Positions 9,704 to 17,786 of a stretch of DNA of 42,345 nt are shown one piece after another. The notes under the pieces were generated by a model. That model searched no databases and had not been told where the DNA came from. It saw only the letters and a list, made by a program, of their open reading frames with translations. Source of the stretch: a virus. Taxonomy: Duplodnaviria > Caudoviricetes. A program made the translations under genes and the position numbers. The DNA lies in IMG/VR virus record IMGVR_UViG_3300014613_000011, positions 1 through 42,345 of that record; one strand, 5' to 3'. Every line of letters starts with the position of its first letter. Within the stretch, counting starts at the first letter, position 1.

Positions 9704-10903
9704 ATGGGAATCGGAGCAGATGGAGACGCTGGAGGGTTTGGCGGGGAAAGTGGGAGCGCCGCTGCCAATGAGGGAGCCAACAGTAGTTCTGGTGGTGGTG
9801 GGAGTGAAGCCCAAAATGCTGCTATCGATGCTGCCCTGAGCGGGTTTTTCGGTGAGATTGACAATGCAACCACCGGAAACGAAGCCACGGATGCTATGAT
9901 AGATGATGCCCTTAGCGGATTCTTTGATGACGTGGATAACCCGACCAGTAGCGGTAACATGTCCATGACCGCTAAGATAGGGGGAGTGATTGCTGGGCTA
10001 CTGTCGGCTGCAGTTACTGGGAGTCTGTCTCTTGGAGTGACTGTGGGGCGTTTAGCCGCTATGGGACTCCAACGAGTGGACGCTCAGGCTTTGGTGGATA
10101 AGGTGTCCGTGGGAGCTGTCACTCCGGAACAGGCCACGTCCGCAGCCACCGCTGCCATCTCCGGAGACGGATCTGCCCTAACCAGTCTAGGGATATCAGG
10201 GGGAAGTGAGGGGGGTGCATACTCAGCTAATATCCTGTCCGATGCCGCCTCAGTTGCCTCTTCAGTAGCGGCTACGGCTCCCGTGTCCGAGGAGGAACTC
10301 CAACGTGAGTGGCTGAACACGAACCGGTCCGACATTCTGTCCGCCATTGAGCAGGGGACAATGGATATTGACACTGGGATCAATCAAGCTCTGGCATCCC
10401 TCAGCCCGTATGCCAATCTGGATGCGCTGAACCGTGAGGCTGCAATCCTGGAGGACCCCACTCTGATCCTGGACGATCCCAGCTTCCAGTTTAAGCTGAA
10501 CCAAAAACTCAGCGACGTCAACAATGCCTTTTCGGTTGTGTCAGGCGGGGGTGTCACCGGCAATATGCTCATCGCCACGGAGGAGGAAACGCAGGGATTG
10601 GCTTCCACCGAACTTAACGCGGCCATTACCCGACTCCAACCATTCATCAACTTATCCAATCAGGCCCGAACTGCCATGGCCAACGTGGACACCCAGGGTG
10701 CTCAGGCCAAGGCCAACACCAAGGTGGGGGGTGTGACCCAACTGGCTGGGATCACCAACTCTGCAGCAGGTAATATGGCCAACTCAATTAACAGCGGGGC
10801 TAACCTTCAGGCCAACTCAATCATAGCCGGGGCAAACCAGGATGTGAATCGAATATCCGATATCACCAACGCCGCAACTCAACTTTCTCAGTTGTTTGTG
10901 TAG
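9704..10903 (+). CDS. Putative DNA ejection/internal virion protein (paralog of the next gene)
   Basis: G/A/S-rich with a hydrophobic segment. C-terminal half resembles 10912..11655. Position after the tail genes. Confidence 0.6.
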   Translation: MGIGADGDAGGFGGESGSAAANEGANSSSGGGGSEAQNAAIDAALSGFFGEIDNATTGNEATDAMIDDALSGFFDDVDNPTSSGNMSMTAKIGGVIAGLLSAAVTGSLSLGVTVGRLAAMGLQRVDAQALVDKVSVGAVTPEQATSAATAAISGDGSALTSLGISGGSEGGAYSANILSDAASVASSVAATAPVSEEELQREWLNTNRSDILSAIEQGTMDIDTGINQALASLSPYANLDALNREAAILEDPTLILDDPSFQFKLNQKLSDVNNAFSVVSGGGVTGNMLIATEEETQGLASTELNAAITRLQPFINLSNQARTAMANVDTQGAQAKANTKVGGVTQLAGITNSAAGNMANSINSGANLQANSIIAGANQDVNRISDITNAATQLSQLFV

Positions 10904-10911
10904 GGGGTCCT

Positions 10912-11655
10912 ATGTTAGCAGAAATCATGGAATGGGTGGGTCCGATAGCCAGCATATGGGGTGCGGTCCAGGGGGCTGACATTGCCAAGGACGCCAACTC
11001 CCAGGCTACCCAAGTGAGCACTGGGGCCACTCAACGAGCCAACGCCCTGATGATGGAGTGGCTGGAGATCAACAGGTCCGATATAGCTGAGGCTGTCAAG
11101 AGTGGGACCGCTGATCTCGACACTGGGTTCACCCAGGCCATAGAACGTATCCAACCTTTCGTGGACACTGGAGCGGTCAACCGAGCCACTGATCTCGCCA
11201 CCGGTAAGACTCCGGCCAGTGCAGATCCCAGCATCAAAGCTCAGACAGCTCAGGGAGCCGGTGCGGTTAACAATTTGGCTACTCGCATGGTGGGGGGTAA
11301 GAAGGATAAGATAGTGGACGCGGCCCTGGAGTATGGGAGCAACTACGCCTCCACGTTCCTGGACGCTGCCATTAACCGGACCTTACCCAGAGCTACCCGA
11401 TCCCTTGAAGCCTCCACCAACATATCCAACATCCAGTCTGGTCTAGGCAGGGCCAAAGCCGACTTGGGGGTGGGGGGAGCCGCTAAGACCTCCAACATCA
11501 CCGGGGGTGTCATCCCCAATGTGGCTGCAGGAATGGGGGATATCAATCTGACCAACACAGCGTCTGGGATTAATCGGGCCAACATCAATACCAATCTCAC
11601 TTCGGATCTTCTTAACGTGGGGAACCAAGCAGCCGCTTTGTTCTCAAGAAAATAA
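10912..11655 (+). CDS. Putative DNA ejection/internal virion protein (P22 gp7-like position)
   Basis: A/G/N-rich with an N-terminal hydrophobic segment. Confidence 0.6.
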   Translation: MLAEIMEWVGPIASIWGAVQGADIAKDANSQATQVSTGATQRANALMMEWLEINRSDIAEAVKSGTADLDTGFTQAIERIQPFVDTGAVNRATDLATGKTPASADPSIKAQTAQGAGAVNNLATRMVGGKKDKIVDAALEYGSNYASTFLDAAINRTLPRATRSLEASTNISNIQSGLGRAKADLGVGGAAKTSNITGGVIPNVAAGMGDINLTNTASGINRANINTNLTSDLLNVGNQAAALFSRK

Positions 11656-11662
11656 AGGGTAG

Positions 11663-13039
11663 GTGACTATGCCTGTACTTCCTCAAGTAGATAGGGTCCA
11701 GATCCCCAATTTCGCTGCCACCATCATAGCTGGGAGAGAAGCCAAACGCAACGCGGCCCTGGACGAGCGGAAAATGGATATGGAGGGTCGTCGTCTGGAT
11801 CAGGCTGACCGACGCATCGACATAGACGAGAGATCCACCAACACCACAATTGACGCCAACACTCTGAAGGCCACAACGGAGAAGGTCAAAGGTGAAAAGG
11901 AGAAGGTGGATCTCGCCATGTCTCTGTTTGGCCGTGCCAACAATGAACAGGCATTCAAGGTGGCGGGACAGCTTTTCCTCAAGCAGTACCCAGACGAGCG
12001 CCCATTCCTCAACTCACTTTTCCCCAACAGTCAGTATGACCAGGAGAAGGCTGACGGATTCAAGCGGATGCTGATCACCGCGTCCAAGCTGTCAGAAGAC
12101 GCGGAGCTGAAGGGATTTTCCCCCGGATCTGACATCTACAAGGATGGAGTGAAGGTGGGGTCGGTCCCGTTCAAGCCGAAGGAAGACAAGGAGATCACCC
12201 CGTCTGCCATCGGCAAGCTCATCTCCGAGGCTGAGGCCACAGGGTCCACGTTTACTCCGGGGCAGAAGGGTAAGATCTACGCCGACGCCATTATCAAGTC
12301 CACCTCCATGTCCAAGGGTCAGAGCCTCACCGTCACCAAGGATGGAGAAGTGATCCTGGATCAGGGGGGTCAGCAAAAGGTGGATCGTCAGGCTCCGGGG
12401 ATGGGCATCCCCGCCACCAACATCATCCAGAAACAACTGGTCGATGCCACGTCGGGAATAGCCCGACTCTCCCAGATTGAGCAGACCTTCGATAAGAACT
12501 TCACCACCATACCTGGGAAGTTTAAGGCTGGGTTTCTCAACCTCAAGGATAAGATGACGGGGGAATTGACCGGGGATGAGGCCGACTTCATGACGAAGCA
12601 GTCCACCTTCGCCCAGAACGCCATCGAGAATATCAACCTGTACATCAAGGAGATCACAGGAGCACAGATGTCGGAGGCTGAGGCCGACCGACTGAGAAAG
12701 GCCGTGGCCGATATTGGGGATTCATTTCTAGCCGGGGATGGACCCGTCCGATTTCAATCCAAGCTCAATAACCAGATGAAGAAACTCCGCATGTCAGTGG
12801 CCCGTCTCCACTGGGCCAACAGTAACGGATTGCAGGTCCAACGAAACAAGGCCGGAAATGTAGTGGCCTTTTTTGACGATCAGGGTAACACCATCGAGAT
12901 GGAGTCCATGCCTGACATTATCAACAAACGGGCTGCTGAGATAGGTGAGGAGCTGAAGAAGACCGGAATCAAATCTGATCTGATCAACGCTGCTGTGCGT
13001 AAACGTGTAGCCCAGGAATTTGGGCTGATCCCCAAATAA
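11663..13039 (+). CDS. Putative DNA ejection/internal virion protein
   Basis: Helical and charged, with an ITGAQMSEAEADRL pattern. Position before the large ejection protein. Confidence 0.6.
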   Translation: MTMPVLPQVDRVQIPNFAATIIAGREAKRNAALDERKMDMEGRRLDQADRRIDIDERSTNTTIDANTLKATTEKVKGEKEKVDLAMSLFGRANNEQAFKVAGQLFLKQYPDERPFLNSLFPNSQYDQEKADGFKRMLITASKLSEDAELKGFSPGSDIYKDGVKVGSVPFKPKEDKEITPSAIGKLISEAEATGSTFTPGQKGKIYADAIIKSTSMSKGQSLTVTKDGEVILDQGGQQKVDRQAPGMGIPATNIIQKQLVDATSGIARLSQIEQTFDKNFTTIPGKFKAGFLNLKDKMTGELTGDEADFMTKQSTFAQNAIENINLYIKEITGAQMSEAEADRLRKAVADIGDSFLAGDGPVRFQSKLNNQMKKLRMSVARLHWANSNGLQVQRNKAGNVVAFFDDQGNTIEMESMPDIINKRAAEIGEELKKTGIKSDLINAAVRKRVAQEFGLIPK

Positions 13040-13048
13040 GGAGTGGTT

Positions 13049-15598
13049 ATGGCTGGTGAATTTGACATTGCTGAAGACATCCTGAGCGGAACCCAGGCCG
13101 AAGCGTCACCGGTCCCCGCACCCCTCCCGGATGTGGCAACCGCTATTTTGGGTGAGAATGCCAGAGCCGGTTTTAGGCCCACAGGTTCCATCTCCACCAT
13201 AACCGGAAAGCCTATTGAGGAGTTGGACCCTACATCCCCAGATCCCCCTGACTTTTCCACCGTGTACAAGGCCAGCCTGGTCAAGGACTACGAGGCCAAG
13301 AAGAAGATTTACGCTGAGGCGCGGGGCGTGTCCGTTGACCGCTACGGTATTAAAGACGGTGAGGTGGTATGGCTGGACGAGTCCGGAGTGCTCCGATCCG
13401 AGGAATCCCGGCTCCCGCATGAGGCGATCAAACGCCTTGTGGCCTCCGGTACGTCTCCCGAAGTCGTCGGTGGGGTCGTGGGATCGGTGGGGGGGCCAGC
13501 GGGCGCTGCTGCTGGTGCGATGGGCGGGGAGACGGTACGACAGGCTATCGCGGGTCTTGCGCTGGGTGATCCCCAGACGGCATGGACCAACATCTTCCGG
13601 CTGGGAGGTGAGGGGCTGCTGTCCTTCGTTGGAGAGTTGGCGGGGCGCGGAGTGATTAACACGGCCAACAGACTGTTGGGGATTGGAAAACCGGGGGCCA
13701 GAGCAATCAAAAAAGCGCTGGGCGATGAGGTGGTGGACTTTCCCGCCATGGAAGCTGTACAAAAGACGGCTAAACACTTTGATATTGACCTGAATGTGGC
13801 GCAATCGACCAAGAGCCGCAACCTTGCGGCCAAGATAGAGTTCCTGCGCTCACTACCCCAATCGGAGGAGGTGGTGAAAGCGGTGGACACGCTGCAAAAT
13901 GAGCAATTGGAGAAGGCCATCCCCAAGTTTTTGAGGGAGACGTTTGGTGATGGTGGAGGGAGCCTGGAGGTGGGGCGGGACTTGAGCAAAGCAGCCGAGA
14001 CAGCGGTGGGTGATCTGAAAAAGAGACGGGGGGCGATGACTAAGCCCCTGTACGAGAGAGCGTTTGCCGGGGCACCTTCGGGACCCAAGTTTGCTAAAAA
14101 ACCGGGAAGGGTATATGGATACTGGGCTGATGTATATGGGGACATGTCTAAGACTTTCAATATGGAAACAGGAGAGGGCCTTAGATACACAGTATCCATG
14201 GATGACGGACCTGAAGCATTTATATCTGATGTGTTTGCACCAGAGAATTTAAGGGGGAAGGGTAATTTGCCCACTATAATGTCTAATGCCGAGAAAGTGG
14301 CTGCGGATAACGGCAAAACTATATTGATGGTTGAACCAGTTGACAGTCAGATTTTTAAGGCATATGAGAGGTTAGGGTATAAATTAGACGATGAAATGAC
14401 TGAGGATTTTGGTGTAGAAGTTATGACAAAAGTTGTGTCTCCCACTCCCAAAACCTCTCCTTCTCAGGTGGATATTGAACCGGTCATCAACCTTATTGAC
14501 TCCCACCTTGCCAACGCCAAGGGTGATATTCGCCGCGCACTGGAGTCGTTAAAGAAGGATTTCCTAGTTCCGGATATCCCCAAGAGGGAAAAGGCCAAGG
14601 GAGCGTCTAAGATCCTTAACCAATTTGGTGATCCTGCAATTCTGGCTACACCTCCTGGACCCCCGTCTCCTTATGACACGTCCCTACTTGGCCTCCACGG
14701 GATGAAGTTGGCCATCGATAAGAAATTGGACCGGGCCACCGCATCAGGTTTGGACCGCACCATCCAGAGGGAGCTGAAACAAGTACAGGCGGTCTTGCTC
14801 AAACAGATGGATGAGGCTTCCCCTAAATACAAGTTGGCTAGACGCGTCCACGCTCTACTATCCAAGGGTAAGACCGTCACATTGGGGAGACAGATTGAAG
14901 CGTCGGAAGGTTTGGCTAAGCTACTGGCTGAAACCAGTGAGAAGGATCTGGTCAACACCTCTACGCTCCTGTTGGCCGGAAACAAAACCCGACCTGAGAT
15001 CGTGCGTGAGTTACGTTCCCACATAGTCAAGCAGCCCGATGGTCAGCGGGTTTGGGATGCATCCACCGCTAACTATATCGAGCATGTGTTTGACAACATC
15101 CCCGACTCCAAGTCCCGCAACATAGGGGAAGCACTGGCTGACGGCATACTGGGACGACGCAAACAGAAGGAGATACTAAAATCCGCAACCACCCCCGAAC
15201 AGTTTCAGGCGATCACTGACTTTATGACGGTGCTGAAGCGTACAGGAATTACAGCCCCCAAATCGGATGTGGGAGTGGCTCGTGGCCTCACCCGAAAGCA
15301 GCTACGCCGGGAGTTTGAGTCGGAAGTGTTAACTGTGTTAACCACCCCCCTCCGGACCCCCAAACGCTTAGTGGCTGACCGAGTTAATGAGATCCGGTTT
15401 GGACGCGGCTCCAAACAGTTGGCTGAGACTCTGTTGTCCGACACCGCAGCGGCTCAGCTACGGTCCCTTAAACGACTCAAACCAGGGTCCCGACGCCTTA
15501 TCGAAGGTGTGGGGGTGTTCCTGGGTCTCACCCTGGGCAACGAAGCTGAGCAACGCGTAACCAAACTTATGATAGGCAATCAAATCCCCGAACAATAG
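13049..15598 (+). CDS. Large DNA ejection protein (gp16/gp20-like) containing a GNAT-like insert
   Basis: About 850 aa. Gly-rich hydrophobic stretch (GGVVGSVGGPAGAAAGAMGG) and KPLYERAF. ATG at 13049 follows AAGGAG; the ORF track starts at GTG 13043. Confidence 0.65.
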   Translation: MAGEFDIAEDILSGTQAEASPVPAPLPDVATAILGENARAGFRPTGSISTITGKPIEELDPTSPDPPDFSTVYKASLVKDYEAKKKIYAEARGVSVDRYGIKDGEVVWLDESGVLRSEESRLPHEAIKRLVASGTSPEVVGGVVGSVGGPAGAAAGAMGGETVRQAIAGLALGDPQTAWTNIFRLGGEGLLSFVGELAGRGVINTANRLLGIGKPGARAIKKALGDEVVDFPAMEAVQKTAKHFDIDLNVAQSTKSRNLAAKIEFLRSLPQSEEVVKAVDTLQNEQLEKAIPKFLRETFGDGGGSLEVGRDLSKAAETAVGDLKKRRGAMTKPLYERAFAGAPSGPKFAKKPGRVYGYWADVYGDMSKTFNMETGEGLRYTVSMDDGPEAFISDVFAPENLRGKGNLPTIMSNAEKVAADNGKTILMVEPVDSQIFKAYERLGYKLDDEMTEDFGVEVMTKVVSPTPKTSPSQVDIEPVINLIDSHLANAKGDIRRALESLKKDFLVPDIPKREKAKGASKILNQFGDPAILATPPGPPSPYDTSLLGLHGMKLAIDKKLDRATASGLDRTIQRELKQVQAVLLKQMDEASPKYKLARRVHALLSKGKTVTLGRQIEASEGLAKLLAETSEKDLVNTSTLLLAGNKTRPEIVRELRSHIVKQPDGQRVWDASTANYIEHVFDNIPDSKSRNIGEALADGILGRRKQKEILKSATTPEQFQAITDFMTVLKRTGITAPKSDVGVARGLTRKQLRREFESEVLTVLTTPLRTPKRLVADRVNEIRFGRGSKQLAETLLSDTAAAQLRSLKRLKPGSRRLIEGVGVFLGLTLGNEAEQRVTKLMIGNQIPEQ

Positions 15599-15606
15599 GA
15601 GGAGTC

Positions 15607-17781
15607 ATGAAACGATTTACCCTGTTACTGCTCACACTTTTACTCCTGGTCACACCTGCCATGGGAGCTGCTACCGCCACCTTGATCCCCCAACCCAAGT
15701 TCACCGCCATGGATTCCAACGGGGATCCTTACGTTGGTGGGAAGCTTTACACTTATGAGACGGGAACCACCACTCCCAAGGCTACGTGGACCGACTCCAC
15801 CAAGGTGACGGCCAACGCCAACCCTGTAATCCTGGACTCCAGGGGTCAGGCTGATGTATGGGTTGACTCATCCGGAGGAGCGTACCGGTTCAGGCTGTTA
15901 GACTCTGATGATGTAACTGTGTGGACTGTGGATGGGATATCGGACCTACGTACTGCATCTTCTGACACTACATTCTTGGTGGGCCATAACTCAGATGGAA
16001 CCCATAAAGGATATCGTCTACTTTCCGAGTTTGACTCGCTATCTGCAGCCGTTACATCGATTGGAACAGTAGAGACTGAATTGTGGATAAACCAAGATGA
16101 TACAATGACTGGCAATGTTACAGTCCCAGATACGCTGGTTTTGAGATTTATAAAAGGGAACATAATTACAACTGGGGGAAATAACTTAATCATAAATTCC
16201 CCTGAAAGCATTATTGCCTCCCCTACGATGACTATATTTTCCGGGGGCAGCACAGTATCATTTATTGTGGGGGGTAAGGTATGGGTTGATTGGTGGGGAG
16301 AGAATACTACGCCAGGGACCACTGATATGACTACTCCTGTTACTGATGCCATTACGTCCCAGCTTAATATTGGGGGCGAAGTTTGGTGTAATGCTTCAAC
16401 TTATATTATTGGCGACGTAAATATTTCTGGTACCGGAACTACTACCCCTGGGACATCCTTTCCAGCGATTATCGGCTACGGGGATAATTCACAGTGGGCT
16501 GCGATTAGAACAACGGGTGGAACTATATTTAAAGCTAAAGCTGGAGCAGCTTATATACTTAAGCTTGGTGATGGAACTAACTATCTTCAACGTGCTAAGT
16601 TCAAGAATATCGTTTTTGACGGAAACTCAAAAGCATCTGATGGTATCTGGAACAGATCAGCAGTACTTACCAAGCTTGAAAAAGTTGTCTTCTATCAGTG
16701 CAAGGGTGCTTTTATTATGCAAAAGTCTGACCGACTTAAAATGAGTGAAGTCGGTTTTTATGAAAGTACCTACGGGATATATTATGACAGCGCTATACAT
16801 ACTGGAAATGCAACAAATTCAGATGTATCTTTAGCTGATTGTAATCATAGATCAAATGATTATAATATGTATCTTAGTGCAACTACAGTATCAAATCAAT
16901 TAGTTATTACTAGAGGTTATTGGTCATCTGCAAATATAGGTGACGTTTATGTCACAGGGGCCGCTAAGTCTTTAATCTTTGATGGAGTTAACTTTGAAAA
17001 TACGCCTAATGGGTCAAGTTCAACTAAGTCAGCAGTATTTCAAATGGGTATGGTTCATGTAGTTGGGCATGTTGGTATTCCTTATGTCGGGATTAAGAAT
17101 TGTTTGTTTCAGGATAACAATGCTATTGCTGATCGTCCTGTTATAATGAGTATTGTTGATAGTACTGATACTTCTAATCCATCTATCTCTGTGCTAAATA
17201 TAGAAGGTAATTTATTTTATAGTTCATCTGGCACTCCACCTATTGCTAAAGCCGCAGCACTTACTACAGGAATATCATTATTCTCTGAAGTTGGAAGTGC
17301 GTTTTGGGAGAATAACTTTGCGACAATTCCACCTGTAATAAACTCCATTTGGAGAAGTACTGCAACAGCATCAGGGACTGGTATTGGGAGTTCAGAGATT
17401 AAAAATACACGAATAGTCAGTCCGCAAATGCTAGTGCGGCTATTGAATAGAACGACTTCTTTAACTGTTCAGGCAGCAGAGTCGGGTGGAGTGTACACAT
17501 CGACGAACGTTGGTGGTACTATTATTTTCACACTTCCGGCAATATCGAGTCTTGTTTCAGATAATGGTTTTCCTATGTGGTACTTTGTTAATATCGGAGG
17601 TACTACGATGAGGATTGATCCTCAAGATGATGAAGGGTTTGTAGATGGGTCAGGCCTTGGTAAGTATAAAAATATGAGTAATACTGTTGGGACTGCTTGT
17701 CTTGTAATGGGAGTGTCTACTACAAAGGCTACAGCTTGGCAAGCAATACCTTTAAATGGGGCTATTCTAACTAATGAATAG
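15607..17781 (+). CDS. Tailspike / receptor-binding protein (head-binding domain plus beta-helix)
   Basis: PQPKFTAMDSNGDPYVGGKLYTYETGTTTP...NPVILDSRG virion-attachment domain, then WVDWWG...TDMT and a beta-helix-like region. AT-rich 3' part. Signal-peptide-like N-terminus. Confidence 0.8.
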   Translation: MKRFTLLLLTLLLLVTPAMGAATATLIPQPKFTAMDSNGDPYVGGKLYTYETGTTTPKATWTDSTKVTANANPVILDSRGQADVWVDSSGGAYRFRLLDSDDVTVWTVDGISDLRTASSDTTFLVGHNSDGTHKGYRLLSEFDSLSAAVTSIGTVETELWINQDDTMTGNVTVPDTLVLRFIKGNIITTGGNNLIINSPESIIASPTMTIFSGGSTVSFIVGGKVWVDWWGENTTPGTTDMTTPVTDAITSQLNIGGEVWCNASTYIIGDVNISGTGTTTPGTSFPAIIGYGDNSQWAAIRTTGGTIFKAKAGAAYILKLGDGTNYLQRAKFKNIVFDGNSKASDGIWNRSAVLTKLEKVVFYQCKGAFIMQKSDRLKMSEVGFYESTYGIYYDSAIHTGNATNSDVSLADCNHRSNDYNMYLSATTVSNQLVITRGYWSSANIGDVYVTGAAKSLIFDGVNFENTPNGSSSTKSAVFQMGMVHVVGHVGIPYVGIKNCLFQDNNAIADRPVIMSIVDSTDTSNPSISVLNIEGNLFYSSSGTPPIAKAAALTTGISLFSEVGSAFWENNFATIPPVINSIWRSTATASGTGIGSSEIKNTRIVSPQMLVRLLNRTTSLTVQAAESGGVYTSTNVGGTIIFTLPAISSLVSDNGFPMWYFVNIGGTTMRIDPQDDEGFVDGSGLGKYKNMSNTVGTACLVMGVSTTKATAWQAIPLNGAILTNE

Positions 17782-17786
17782 AATTT

